Under the pieces are notes generated by a model that searched no databases, had not been told where the DNA came from, and worked only from the letters and a program-made list of their open reading frames with translations. A stretch of 59,543 nt of DNA from Propionibacterium sp. (lineage in GTDB: Bacteria > Actinomycetota > Actinomycetes > Propionibacteriales > Propionibacteriaceae). Shown here in pieces: positions 38,468-48,362 of this stretch. Positions within the stretch are counted from its first letter, which is position 1; each line of letters begins with the position of its first letter. A program made the position numbers and the translations under genes. The stretch is taken from positions 1-59,543 of the forward strand of contig DUOQ01000286.1 of the NCBI GenBank assembly GCA_012838755.1, read 5' to 3'.

Positions 38468-39975
38468 GGACCACCGACGACCTGACCACCCTCGCCCGCG
38501 AGGCGCTCGGACGCCTCGGCGTCGACGAAGCGCTCCTCGAGGGCGACCTGGTGGCGCGCTCGCCGTTGACCGGCGCGGACCTGTTCGGCGTCCGGCAGCA
38601 CACCACGGCCGGCGTGGCGGACGCCGTCGGCCGCGCCCATGACGCCTTCGGCACTTGGCGGACCACGCCCGGCCCCGTGCGTGGCGCGCTGGTCAAGCGG
38701 CTGGGGGAACTGATCGCCGAGCACAAGGAGGACCTCGCCGCCCTCGTCACCATCGAGGCCGGCAAGATCCACACCGAGGCCCTCGGCGAGGTCCAGGAGA
38801 TGGTCGACATCTGCGACTTCGCGGTCGGCCTGTCCCGCCAGCTGTACGGCCGCACCATGCCCTCGGAGCGCTCCGGCCACCGGCTCCAGGAGACCTGGCA
38901 GCCCCTCGGCGTGGTCGGCGTCATCTCGGCGTTCAACTTCCCCGTGGCCGTCTGGTCGTGGAACACCGCCGTCGCCCTCGTCTGCGGCGACGCCGTTGTG
39001 TGGAAGCCGTCCGAGCTGACCCCGCTGTGCGCCCTGGGCTGCGACGCCCTGCTGCGCCGGGCGATGGCCGACTGCGGCGCCCCCGAGGGCCTCCACGAGC
39101 TGGTGCTGGGCGCCCGCGACGTCGGGGAGGCCCTGGTCGACGACGCGCGCGTGGCGCTGCTCTCGGCCACCGGGTCGACCCGGATGGGTCGTGAGGTCGG
39201 GCCGAGGGTGGCCGCCCGCTTCGGCCGCTCGCTGCTCGAGCTCGGCGGCAACAACGCCGTCATCGTGACCCCGAGCGCCGACCTCGACCAGGCGGTCAGC
39301 TCGATCGTCTTCGGCGCGGCCGGCACGGCGGGCCAGCGGTGCACCAGCACCCGGCGCCTGGTCGTCCACGAGTCCGTCGCCGACGAGGTCGTCGCCCGCG
39401 TCGCCCGCGCCTTCGAGTCGCTGCAGGCCGGGGACCCGTTCGCCGACGGCGTCCTGCTCGGCCCGCTGGTGAACGAGCGTGCCTGGCAGGCCATGGAGGC
39501 GTCCGTCGAAGCGGCCGTCGCGCAGGGCGGTGAGCTGGTCAGCGGCGGCGTCCGAGCCGACGTGGACGCCGGGGGCGTCTGGGTGCGCCCGGCCCTGCTG
39601 CGCATGCCCGCTCAGGAGGGCGTCGTGTTCACCGAGACCTTCGCGCCGATCCTGTACGTGCTGACGTACCGCGACTTCGACGAGGCGCTGGACCTGCACA
39701 ACGCGGTCCCCCAGGGGTTGAGCAGCGGCCTGTTCAGCAACGACGTGCGTGAGGCGGAGCGCTACCTCGGGCCCGACGGGGCCGACACCGGCATCGCCAA
39801 CGTCAACGCCGGCACCTCGGGCGCCGAGATCGGTGGGGCGTTCGGCGGCGAGAAGGAGACCGGCGGCGGGCGCGAGTCCGGGTCGGACGCCTGGCGTGCC
39901 TACATGCGCCGGGCGACCAACACCATCAACTACTCAGGGTCGGTCCAGCTGGCCCAGGGGGTCGACTTCGGGTGA
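38464..39975 (+). CDS. pcd: Piperideine-6-carboxylate / aminoadipate semialdehyde dehydrogenase (ALDH7)
   Basis: GEVQEMVDICDFAVGLSRQL, AFNFPVAV, GTAGQRCT, GAEIGGAFGGEKETGGGRESGSD. Confidence 0.92.
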   Translation: MRTTDDLTTLAREALGRLGVDEALLEGDLVARSPLTGADLFGVRQHTTAGVADAVGRAHDAFGTWRTTPGPVRGALVKRLGELIAEHKEDLAALVTIEAGKIHTEALGEVQEMVDICDFAVGLSRQLYGRTMPSERSGHRLQETWQPLGVVGVISAFNFPVAVWSWNTAVALVCGDAVVWKPSELTPLCALGCDALLRRAMADCGAPEGLHELVLGARDVGEALVDDARVALLSATGSTRMGREVGPRVAARFGRSLLELGGNNAVIVTPSADLDQAVSSIVFGAAGTAGQRCTSTRRLVVHESVADEVVARVARAFESLQAGDPFADGVLLGPLVNERAWQAMEASVEAAVAQGGELVSGGVRADVDAGGVWVRPALLRMPAQEGVVFTETFAPILYVLTYRDFDEALDLHNAVPQGLSSGLFSNDVREAERYLGPDGADTGIANVNAGTSGAEIGGAFGGEKETGGGRESGSDAWRAYMRRATNTINYSGSVQLAQGVDFG

Positions 39976-39981
39976 TGTCCG

Positions 39982-40875
39982 ATGTCCGCCCTCGCAGGGG
40001 GTAGGGTTCGCCGGGTGACAACGCGACACAGCAGGGCGCGCTGGGCGGCAGCCAGCGCGGTCCTCGTGCTCGCCGGGTGCGTCGGCCCCGCGGCGCTGTC
40101 GCTGTCGCCGCCCAGGGCGTCCGGCCCGTCGGCCGACATCGTGGACGCCGCCCTGGAACCCACCGCCGCCACCGCCGTGACCGAGGGCACGCCCCCGGCG
40201 GCGGTGGAGCCGTCGGCGACGGCCCCGCTGAGGGAGTGGCGCACCGGTGAGGGGGTGGCCGGGGTCGATGTCTCGCGCTACCAGCGGAGCGTGGACTGGC
40301 CGGGCCTGGTCGCGTCCGGGCACGCCTTCGCCTTCGTCAAGGCCACCGAGGGCACGAACCACCGCAGCCCGACCCACGACGAGCAGCGCGACGGCGCGCG
40401 CGAGGCGGGCATCCTGCAGGGCGCCTACCACTACGCGCGCCCCGGCCAGTCGTCGGGGACGCTGCAGGCGCGGTTCTTCCACGCCAACGGGGGTGCCTGG
40501 GCCCCCGACGGGCTGACGCTGCCCGGCGCCCTCGACCTCGAGGCCGCCGAGGAGGGCGACACCTGCCACGGCCTGACACCGGCCGAGATGACCGCGTGGG
40601 TCCGCGCGTTCTCCGACGAGTACCGACGCCTGTCCGGCCGCGTCCCGGTCATCTACACCAAGGCCGAGCTGTGGGACGAGTGCACCGGCGCCGACACCTC
40701 GTTCGGCGACCACCCCCTGTGGCTCTACGACCACGGCAACGCCCCCGGCGACCTCCCCGCCGGGTGGGACCGGCCCACCCTGTGGCAGCGCGCCGTCGAG
40801 AACCACCTCGACCGCAACGTCTTCTTCGGGACCGGGGAGCAGCTGATCTCCTGGGTCTCCGCGCCCGTGCGCTAG
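39982..40875 (+). CDS. GH25 lysozyme/muramidase, probable lipoprotein
   Basis: GVDVSRYQ, VKATEG, GAYHYA, LDLE; VLAGC lipobox; start uncertain. Confidence 0.88.
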   Translation: MSALAGGRVRRVTTRHSRARWAAASAVLVLAGCVGPAALSLSPPRASGPSADIVDAALEPTAATAVTEGTPPAAVEPSATAPLREWRTGEGVAGVDVSRYQRSVDWPGLVASGHAFAFVKATEGTNHRSPTHDEQRDGAREAGILQGAYHYARPGQSSGTLQARFFHANGGAWAPDGLTLPGALDLEAAEEGDTCHGLTPAEMTAWVRAFSDEYRRLSGRVPVIYTKAELWDECTGADTSFGDHPLWLYDHGNAPGDLPAGWDRPTLWQRAVENHLDRNVFFGTGEQLISWVSAPVR

Positions 40876-40895
40876 GCTGGCCCGCGAACACACAC

Positions 40896-41021
40896 ACGTG
40901 CTCCGGGGTCGGTGAGAATCCGAACCGGCGGTTACAGTCCGCGACCCGGCGGCCGCAAGGCCAATGGTTGATCCGGTGGAATTCCGGGACCGACGGTCAA
41001 AGTCCGGATGGGAGGCGCACG
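40896..41021 (+). ncRNA. FMN riboswitch (RFN element)
   Basis: CTCCGGGGTCGGTG..CCGAACCGGCGGT..AGTCCGCGA..GATCCGGTG..TCCGGGACCGACGGT..AGTCCGGATGGGAG. Confidence 0.96.
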
Positions 41022-41111
41022 AGGCGTGTCCGTCACACGCGCACTCGCGGTGGCGGGCCCGTTGGCATCCTCCCAGTCCTGCCCCGGCGCAGAGCGAGAG
41101 GGGAGGGGCCG

Positions 41112-41921
41112 ATGTCCGGCAGCGCACCACGCGAGCGACGACGTCCTCGCCCGACCGGACTGCTCGCCGCCGCCCCGTGGGTCTTCGGTGTGGGCCTCAT
41201 CGCCGCTTGGGTCCTGGTCGTCGCCGTGGTCGCCCCGCCGCCCTACATGCTCCCCTCGCCGCTGGCCGTCGCCGACCGCCTGGTCACCGGACTCACCACC
41301 CCCGCGTTCTGGCCGGCGATCCGCGAGACCTTCGTCGAGGCCGTCGGCGGCAGCCTGCTCGGCGCCGCGGTCGCGCTGACGCTGGCCATCGCGATCCACC
41401 GCAGCCGCGTGCTCAGCGCCGCCGTCACCCCCTTCCTGGGCGCGACCCAGGCGATCCCCGCCATCGCGCTGGCGCCCCTGCTGGCGATCTGGGTGGGCTA
41501 CGGCATCGGGCCGATCATCCTGCTGTGCGCGCTCATGGTGTTCTTCCCGATCCTCGTGTCGTCGGTGGTCGGGCTGCGGCACGTCGACCCCCACGTGGTC
41601 GACGCCGCCCGGATGGACGGCGCGGGCAGCGTCGCCCTGCTGCGGCACGTCGAGCTCCCGCTGGCCCTGCCCAACGTCCTGGCCGGCCTGCGCAACGGCT
41701 TCACGCTGTCGGTCACCGGCGCCGTCGTCGGCGAGATGGTGATGGGCGGCTCGGGCCTGGGGCAGCTGCTCACCGTCCAGCGTGACGCGGTCGACACCGC
41801 CGGCATGTTCGCCTCCATCCTCGTGCTCTGTGCGATGGCCTCGGGCCTGTATGGCCTGATCCACCTCATCGAACGGCGCAGTCGCACCGTCGCGTCCCTG
41901 CTCCGCACCGAGTCGTCGTGA
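41112..41921 (+). CDS. ABC permease (SsuC/TauC type), riboflavin transporter RibX-like
   Basis: EAA-like DAARMDGA loop; directly under the FMN riboswitch. Confidence 0.85.
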   Translation: MSGSAPRERRRPRPTGLLAAAPWVFGVGLIAAWVLVVAVVAPPPYMLPSPLAVADRLVTGLTTPAFWPAIRETFVEAVGGSLLGAAVALTLAIAIHRSRVLSAAVTPFLGATQAIPAIALAPLLAIWVGYGIGPIILLCALMVFFPILVSSVVGLRHVDPHVVDAARMDGAGSVALLRHVELPLALPNVLAGLRNGFTLSVTGAVVGEMVMGGSGLGQLLTVQRDAVDTAGMFASILVLCAMASGLYGLIHLIERRSRTVASLLRTESS

Positions 41922-41935
41922 ACGAAAGGAATCCC

Positions 41936-42952
41936 ATGAACCACACCGCTCGACGCGTCCTTGCCCTCGTGGCGCTCCTGACCCTGGTGCTGACCGGCTG
42001 CGCGCGCACCGCCCCGCCGGGGAGCCAGGACGACGGCCCCGCGACGGCCACCATCGGCCTCACCTACATCCCCGACATCCAGTTCGCCCCGTTCTACGTG
42101 GCCGCCGAGGAGGGCATCTTCACCGAGCAGGGGCTGGACGCGACGCTGCGCCACCACGGCGCCCAGGAGGGCCTGTTCACCGCGCTGGTCGCCGGGCAGG
42201 AGCAGTACGTGATCGCCGGGGGCGACGAGCTGGTGCAGGCCCGCGCCCAGGGCATGGACCTCGTGGCGATCGCGCAGTACTACCACCGCTACCCGGTCGT
42301 CCTGATCGTCCCGGACACCTCGCCGGCGCAGTCGGTGGCCGACCTCGCCGGGATGCGCATCGGGCTCCCGGGCAAGTTCGGTGAGTCCTGGTTCGGCCTG
42401 CAGGCGGCCCTCGACGGAGCCGGACTCGCCGAGTCCGACGTCGAGGTCGTGGAGATCGGCTACACCGCGCACGCCGCCCTCACCACCGGCAAGGTGGACG
42501 CCGTGGTCGGCTTCGCCAACAACGACCAGGTCCAGTTCGAGCTGGCCGGCGTGCCCACCCGCACGGTGCCCCTCGCGGCCGACGGGGACGTCCCGCTCGT
42601 CAGCATCGTCCTGGCCACCACCACCGACCACCTGGCGAGCAACCCCGAGACCTCCGCGAAGGTCGCCCGCGCGATGGTCGCCGGGATGGAACGGGTCGTC
42701 GCCGAGCCCGCCAGCGCCGTCGCCGCGGGCAAGGAGCACATCCCGACCCTGGACGAGGCCGGCGCCGAGGCGTCCGCCCTCGCGACGCTGGAGGCCACCA
42801 TTCCGTTGTGGACGGCACAGCAGGGGCGCGCCACGGGCACAATGGACGAGCAGGAATGGCGTGCGATGACGGACTTCATGCTCGAGGCCGGTCTGGTGAC
42901 CACGGAGGTCGACCCGGCCGAGGCCATGACGAACGAGCACGTCACCGGGTGA
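41936..42952 (+). CDS. NMT1/THI5-like substrate-binding lipoprotein, RibY-like
   Basis: LTGC lipobox; GLTYIPDIQFAPFYVA. Confidence 0.85.
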   Translation: MNHTARRVLALVALLTLVLTGCARTAPPGSQDDGPATATIGLTYIPDIQFAPFYVAAEEGIFTEQGLDATLRHHGAQEGLFTALVAGQEQYVIAGGDELVQARAQGMDLVAIAQYYHRYPVVLIVPDTSPAQSVADLAGMRIGLPGKFGESWFGLQAALDGAGLAESDVEVVEIGYTAHAALTTGKVDAVVGFANNDQVQFELAGVPTRTVPLAADGDVPLVSIVLATTTDHLASNPETSAKVARAMVAGMERVVAEPASAVAAGKEHIPTLDEAGAEASALATLEATIPLWTAQQGRATGTMDEQEWRAMTDFMLEAGLVTTEVDPAEAMTNEHVTG

Positions 42953-42966
42953 ACCAGGGGGCAGAC

Positions 42967-43422
42967 GTGACCGACCACGTGGGCGTGCCGGGTTGGGACG
43001 ACTACTTCCTCGGCATCGCCGAGGCAGTGGCGCGCCGGGCCAAGTGCACGCGCCGCCGGGTCGGGGCCGTCCTCGTCCTCGACCGCCGGATCATCGCCAC
43101 CGGGTACAACGGGGCGGCCCCGGGGCGTCCCGACTGCCTCGAGGGCGCCTGCCCGCGCGGTCAGCTCGGCTACGACGCGGTGCCCGGCCTGGGCGACTAC
43201 GACCGCCCGGGGACGCCGGGGTTCTGCATCGCCATCCACGCCGAGGTGAACGCCCTGCTGTTCTCTACACGGGACACCAAGGGCGCGACCGCCTACATCA
43301 CCGACCCGCCCTGCCCGGGCTGCCGCAAGGCCCTCGCTGCGGCCGGGATCGTCCGGGCGGTCTGGCCCGGGGGCTCCCACGACGCCGACGGCCTCGTGGA
43401 CTGGGCCGGGACCGGGGCGTGA
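42967..43422 (+). CDS. dCMP deaminase / ComEB-like zinc deaminase
   Basis: WDDYF, VGAV, TGYNG, HAEVNA, PCPGC. Confidence 0.9.
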   Translation: MTDHVGVPGWDDYFLGIAEAVARRAKCTRRRVGAVLVLDRRIIATGYNGAAPGRPDCLEGACPRGQLGYDAVPGLGDYDRPGTPGFCIAIHAEVNALLFSTRDTKGATAYITDPPCPGCRKALAAAGIVRAVWPGGSHDADGLVDWAGTGA

Positions 43423-43541
43423 GCCGACGCTCCCCGCGCAGGATGGCCGAGGCCACGCGCGGGACCGTCGGGACGCCGCGCCGCCCGGCTACGCCTGGCG
43501 TGCCGCCCATCGAGCCGCGCTACTGACGCCGGGACGCGGGC

Positions 43542-43796
43542 TCAGAGCCGCCGCAGGAAGTCGGGGTCGTCGTCGGGGGCGATCGGCGGGCGGTGCCCGC
43601 CGCCCTGCAGGCCACCGGACTGGGGGCGTCCGAGCGCGAACCAGCCGACGGGCCCGATGATGGGCAGCGCCACGATCGCGACGAACCACAACCAGCGCGG
43701 CATGAGGCGGGTGCGGTTGGGGGGCGTCTGGACGGCCTCGACCAACGCGTACACCGTGACGGCGACGATGACGAGGACGAGGAGGACGCGAGGCAT
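43542..43796 (-). CDS. PLDc N-terminal domain small membrane protein
   Basis: Two TMs, LPIIGPVGW, APDDDPDFL. Confidence 0.85.
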   Translation of the reverse strand: MPRVLLVLVIVAVTVYALVEAVQTPPNRTRLMPRWLWFVAIVALPIIGPVGWFALGRPQSGGLQGGGHRPPIAPDDDPDFLRRL

Positions 43797-43875
43797 GGGT
43801 TCCAATCTACCCGGCCGTGGTCGTGGAAGGATGGGCGATGGGCGCCGGTGGGCGGCCGGGCGAGGAGGAACGTAC

Positions 43876-44751
43876 GTGGCGACGGTGGCCGAGTGGGTCG
43901 AGGGGGCGCGGGTGCGCACCCTGCCGGCGGCGTTGGCGCCGGTGCTCGTGGGCACCGCGGTCGCCCTCCACCTCGGGAAGTTCGACCCGCTGCGCGCCGC
44001 CCTGGCGGGCGTGGTGGCCCTGGCGCTGCAGCTCGCCGTCAACTACGCCAACGACTATTCCGACGGGGTGCGGGGCACGGACGCCGAGCGGGTCGGCCCG
44101 ATGCGCCTGGTCGGCTCCGGCGCGGCCTCCCCGGGGGCGGTCAAGGCCGCCGCCTTCGCCTGCTTCGGCCTCGCGGGCCTCGCCGGCCTCGCGCTCGTGG
44201 TGCTCACCGGCCAGTGGTGGCTCATCGCCGTCGGCATCGCCTGCATCCTTGCCGGGTGGTACTACACCGGGGGACGCCGCCCCTACGGCTACGCCGGACT
44301 GGGTGAGCTGTTCGTCTTCGTGTTCTTCGGCCTGGTGGCCACCATCGGCACGACCTACGTGCAGACGCTCTCGGTCCCGTTCGCCGCGGTCGCCGGTGGC
44401 GTCGCGACGGGTGCCCTGGCGTCCGCCATCCTGGTCGCCAACAACCTGCGCGACCGCGCGGGGGACGCCGCCTCCGGCAAGCACACCCTGGCCGTACGGC
44501 TGGGGGACCGGGGGACCCGCTGGTTCTACCTCGCGCTCGTCCTGCTCGGCGCCGCCGGCCTGGTGGGCGTGGCCGCTGGCACCACGTGGTGGGCGCTCCT
44601 CGGGCTCGTGGGCCTCATCATCCTCGTCGGCCCGGTGCTGCGCATCCTCGACGACGCACGCGGCCCCGAACTCATCCGCGTGCTGAAGGTGACCGGCATC
44701 GCCGAGGTCCTGGCGGCCGTCGGCGTCCTGGTCGGGACGGTGCTGGGCTGA
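43876..44751 (+). CDS. menA: 1,4-dihydroxy-2-naphthoate polyprenyltransferase
   Basis: NYANDYSDGVRGTD, NNLRD..D..GK.TLAV. Confidence 0.95.
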   Translation: MATVAEWVEGARVRTLPAALAPVLVGTAVALHLGKFDPLRAALAGVVALALQLAVNYANDYSDGVRGTDAERVGPMRLVGSGAASPGAVKAAAFACFGLAGLAGLALVVLTGQWWLIAVGIACILAGWYYTGGRRPYGYAGLGELFVFVFFGLVATIGTTYVQTLSVPFAAVAGGVATGALASAILVANNLRDRAGDAASGKHTLAVRLGDRGTRWFYLALVLLGAAGLVGVAAGTTWWALLGLVGLIILVGPVLRILDDARGPELIRVLKVTGIAEVLAAVGVLVGTVLG

Positions 44752-45215
44752 TGGACGGGCAGGCACGCATCATCTCGGGTCCGATGGTGGCGGTGACCGG
44801 GCTGGTCGCCGTCGGCTGGGTCGTCCTGGGGGTGCTGTCCTTCGTCGGTCTGCCGCGCCCGGGCGGGCTGCTGCTCGGTGTCGCCGGGCTCCTGGGTGGC
44901 CTGCTGACGACCTGGCTGGCGCTGGGCATGCGGGTCCGCTACGACGAGGCGGGCATCGTCCTGCCCCGCCTGGGCCAGGTGGCCTGGGAGCAGGTGCAGG
45001 GCGTCCAGGTGCAGCCGGGCCTGGTCTCGGTGCCCTACGTTGTGGTGCGCCAGGGCCGGGTGCTCACCGACGTCCCGCTCGACGGGCTGGGCTGGTTCGG
45101 CGGACCCGACGGCGTGGCGCGCACCCTCGCGGACACGATCGCGGAGGCGGCCGGTGGGGCGGACGTCGGCGTCCGGGAGCACCGGGCGCGCGCCCGCGGC
45201 CGGCGCGCCGCCTGA
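44751..45215 (+). CDS. Hypothetical membrane protein (2 TM + PH-like)
   Basis: ATG overlaps the menA stop; hydrophobic N-terminus. Confidence 0.65.
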   Translation: MDGQARIISGPMVAVTGLVAVGWVVLGVLSFVGLPRPGGLLLGVAGLLGGLLTTWLALGMRVRYDEAGIVLPRLGQVAWEQVQGVQVQPGLVSVPYVVVRQGRVLTDVPLDGLGWFGGPDGVARTLADTIAEAAGGADVGVREHRARARGRRAA

Positions 45216-45219
45216 ACCG

Positions 45220-46914
45220 TCACGCCTGCTCGCGCAGCCACCGGCGCAGGTGCCAGGTCGCGCGCACGTCGTCCTCGTTGTACTGCAGCACCCGCACCCG
45301 GGCCAGTTCCCGGACGCGGTCGTCGGGGTCGCCGACCGCCTCGGCGAACCAGCGCTGGGAGTTGAGGCCGCCCGGGTCCTCGTCGCGCCAGGCGAAGCCG
45401 GTGACGGCGGCCGTGACCACCTTGAGCCCGAGCCCGTTGGCGCCGAAGAAGTTGCGACGCACGACGTCGAACAGGTCGACGAAGCCCTCCTGCGCCCACG
45501 CGGAGGCCCACGCGCCCACGTCGCCGAGCCGCGGGGCCAGGCGGTTGACCCGGACGACCTCGTAGTCGGAGTAGTGGTACACCGCGGCGTCCCGCCCCGC
45601 CACCGTCTGGCGGAGCCAGCCCAGTGCGCGCCGCGCCAGGTCGAGTTCGGCGGCGTCGTCGAGGTCGGCGAACGTGGCGAACTGGCGGCAGTACGGCTCG
45701 CCGCGGGAGGGGTCGTGGACCCAGAACCCCCACAGGTACACGCGGTCGTCGGAGGACGTCTCGATGTCGACGTCGATCTCCAGGTCGTGCGTCGGCAGGT
45801 CGAGCGGGCCCTGCGTCTGGCGCTCGAGCTCGACCCCGGCGTCGATGAGCGTGGCCCGGTGGTGCGCGCGGCGCAGCCGCTGCTCGCTGCCCACCCGGTG
45901 GCTCGCCCGGGGGAGGTACTGCTCCAGGAGCGTGTCGAGGTCGGCGTGGGCGAGTTCGGCGACCGTGCTGATGCCCAGGCGGCGCAGCGTGCGCACCTCG
46001 TGGACGTCCAGCGGCGCCTTGGTGATGCGCAGGGACAGGTCGTCGGCGTCCAGTTGCGCCTGGCAGTGTTCCTGCCACTCGCAGCCCCGGCACTCGCTCG
46101 ACAGGATCGGGGTCAGCAGCTTGTCCTGCCCCGAGGACGCGAGGGCGGCCTCGGCGAGCTCGACGCGGTAACGGTGCTCCTGGTCGTAGCGGGCCAGGGT
46201 GCTGAGCGGGTCGGCCTGGTCGGGCCACTCCACCGTGCGCGGGTCGGGCGGCATGCGCTCCTCGGCCAGGTTGAGCCAGGTGATGACCTCCTCGACCGCC
46301 CCCGGCCGGTCGGGGTGGAGCGGGATCTGGTCGATGCCCACCAGGCCCGCCCACGGCACCTCGGCGGCGTGGCCGCAGGCCTCGAGCAGTCGCCAGTAGT
46401 GAGCGACCTGCAGGGCGGCGTTGGGGCGGCTGGTCCAGCGGAACCGGCGTCCCGCCACGGGTAGCGGCCGGCGCGGGGCGGCCAGGGACGCCACGAAGAG
46501 GTCGTCGGACTCGGGGTTGCAGGACTCGAGCACCCGGTGGAACTTCACCTGGACCGGGTGGTAGCCACCCGACTCGGCCCGCGAGCGCACGAGCATCGAC
46601 GGGCGGCCGCGGCGGTGGGCGGCCTCGTCGCGGGGGAGCAGGCCGCCGATCACGACGTCGGCGCCGGACGCCATCGCCTCCAGGCAGGCGCGCTCGGCGT
46701 CCGCGCTGGGTGCCTCGCGAAGGTGGCGCAGGTCGACGACCCGGCCGGGGGAGGAGAGCACCGCGCCGAACACCTTCGCCTCGGTGGCGTCGGGGTCACG
46801 GAAGAACGGCGGGTCCGGCGGGGTGAGGCTCGGCGCGACCAGGTTCGGGGTGAACCGGTTGACCGTCTTCAGCGGGCAGCTGCGGGCGGCGTAGGCGTCC
46901 AGGGTGAACGACAT
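45220..46914 (-). CDS. TM0106-family RecB-like nuclease with RNase H-like C-terminal domain
   Basis: C..C.W..HC, DVDIE, VYHYS.YE, FVDL, GLKVV, YNEDDV.AT. Confidence 0.88.
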   Translation of the reverse strand: MSFTLDAYAARSCPLKTVNRFTPNLVAPSLTPPDPPFFRDPDATEAKVFGAVLSSPGRVVDLRHLREAPSADAERACLEAMASGADVVIGGLLPRDEAAHRRGRPSMLVRSRAESGGYHPVQVKFHRVLESCNPESDDLFVASLAAPRRPLPVAGRRFRWTSRPNAALQVAHYWRLLEACGHAAEVPWAGLVGIDQIPLHPDRPGAVEEVITWLNLAEERMPPDPRTVEWPDQADPLSTLARYDQEHRYRVELAEAALASSGQDKLLTPILSSECRGCEWQEHCQAQLDADDLSLRITKAPLDVHEVRTLRRLGISTVAELAHADLDTLLEQYLPRASHRVGSEQRLRRAHHRATLIDAGVELERQTQGPLDLPTHDLEIDVDIETSSDDRVYLWGFWVHDPSRGEPYCRQFATFADLDDAAELDLARRALGWLRQTVAGRDAAVYHYSDYEVVRVNRLAPRLGDVGAWASAWAQEGFVDLFDVVRRNFFGANGLGLKVVTAAVTGFAWRDEDPGGLNSQRWFAEAVGDPDDRVRELARVRVLQYNEDDVRATWHLRRWLREQA

Positions 46915-46929
46915 CGAGGATCCCGCGGG

Positions 46930-47631
46930 TCAGGCGACCGCCCGGTGGAGGGCCACGATGCCGCCGGAGAGGTTCTTCCACTCCACGTCACGCCAGCCGG
47001 CCCCGCGGATGAGCTGCGCGAGGGCGGCCTGGTCGGGCCACGCCAGGATGGATTCGGCCAGGTAGTCGTACGCCCGGGGGTTCGAGCTGAGGATCCCCGA
47101 CACCGTGGGGAGCATCCGGACCAGGTAGCGCCGGTACACCTCCCGGAACGGCCCCCACGTCGGGGTGGAGAACTCGGCGATCACCAGGACGCCGCCGGGC
47201 GCGGTCACGCGACGCATCTCGGCCAGGGCGGCCGCGGTGTCCTCGACGTTGCGCAGCCCGTAGCTGATCGTGACGGCGTCGAAGGTGTCGTCGGCGAAGG
47301 GCAGCTGGAGGCCGTCGGCGTTCACGAAGCCGAGGTCGGGCTGGCGCTTCTTTCCCTCGGTCACCATGCCGAGGCTCAGGTCGACGGGCACGACGAGGGC
47401 GCCGGCGTCCGCGAAGTCCCGCGACGAGGTGCCGGTCCCCGCCGCCAGGTCGAGGATTCGGTGGCCCGGGCGCGGGTCGACGGCCCGCAACGCCTCGGCG
47501 CGCCACTGGCGCACCTGGCCCAGGGAGAGGAGGTCGTTCATCAGGTCGTAGCGGCCCGCCACACCGTCGAACATGGTCGCCACATCCGCGCGGCGCTTGG
47601 CCAGCGTGGCGCGGGCATCGAACTTCTGCAC
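46930..47631 (-). CDS. menG: Demethylmenaquinone methyltransferase
   Basis: [34 protein letters not shown]. Confidence 0.95.
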   Translation of the reverse strand: MQKFDARATLAKRRADVATMFDGVAGRYDLMNDLLSLGQVRQWRAEALRAVDPRPGHRILDLAAGTGTSSRDFADAGALVVPVDLSLGMVTEGKKRQPDLGFVNADGLQLPFADDTFDAVTISYGLRNVEDTAAALAEMRRVTAPGGVLVIAEFSTPTWGPFREVYRRYLVRMLPTVSGILSSNPRAYDYLAESILAWPDQAALAQLIRGAGWRDVEWKNLSGGIVALHRAVA

Positions 47632-47657
47632 CTGATGATCCTGCCAGACTGGGGGAC

Positions 47658-48362
47658 ATGGCGTCCCGCGCACCGGTCCTGACCGCGACCAGCATCTCCA
47701 AGTCCTACGGCCCCGCACGCATCGTCGACGACTTCTCGTTGACGGTGCACGCCGGCGAGGCCGTGGCCATCACCGGGCGCAACGGTGCGGGCAAGTCGAC
47801 CATCCTCCGCATGCTCGTCGGCGCCGTGCGCCCTGATGAGGGACGCGTCGAGTTCGAGGGCACCCGGATGAGCGAGACGAATGCCGACATCCGGCGCGGC
47901 ATGGCCTCGGTCATCGACGACCTGGACTTCTTCCCCGACCTCTCGGTGGTCGAGCACCTCGACCTGCTGGCCCGCGCCCACGGCGTCCCCGACCCGGAGG
48001 CGATCGTCGACGAGGTGCTCGCCGAGGTCCAGCTGGTGCCGCAGTCGGGCCAGCTCCCCGGCACGCTGAGCTCGGGCCAGCGCCGACGGCTCGCGCTGGG
48101 CACCGCGTTCGTCCGGCCCCGGCGGTTGCTGGTGCTCGACGAGCCCGAGCAGCGCCTCGACGTCGAGGGCGTCGCCTGGCTCGCCGCGCGGCTGAAGGCC
48201 GAGCGCCAGCGGGGCCTGGCCATCGTGTTCGCCTCCCACGAGCCCTACCTCGTCGGCCAGGTCGCCACCCGCATCGTCAAGGTCGAGAACCCCGTCCCGG
48301 ACGCCGTGGCCGCCGACGGCACCGACGGTGCGGGCGCGACGGACGCCGGGGGGGACGCCTGA
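47658..48362 (+). CDS. ABC transporter ATP-binding protein
   Basis: [26 protein letters not shown]. Confidence 0.92.
   Translation: MASRAPVLTATSISKSYGPARIVDDFSLTVHAGEAVAITGRNGAGKSTILRMLVGAVRPDEGRVEFEGTRMSETNADIRRGMASVIDDLDFFPDLSVVEHLDLLARAHGVPDPEAIVDEVLAEVQLVPQSGQLPGTLSSGQRRRLALGTAFVRPRRLLVLDEPEQRLDVEGVAWLAARLKAERQRGLAIVFASHEPYLVGQVATRIVKVENPVPDAVAADGTDGAGATDAGGDA

Noticed and set aside
45220-46914. Cas4/defence nuclease system
   Set aside because: Stand-alone TM0106-type nuclease in a housekeeping (men) neighbourhood with no partner genes
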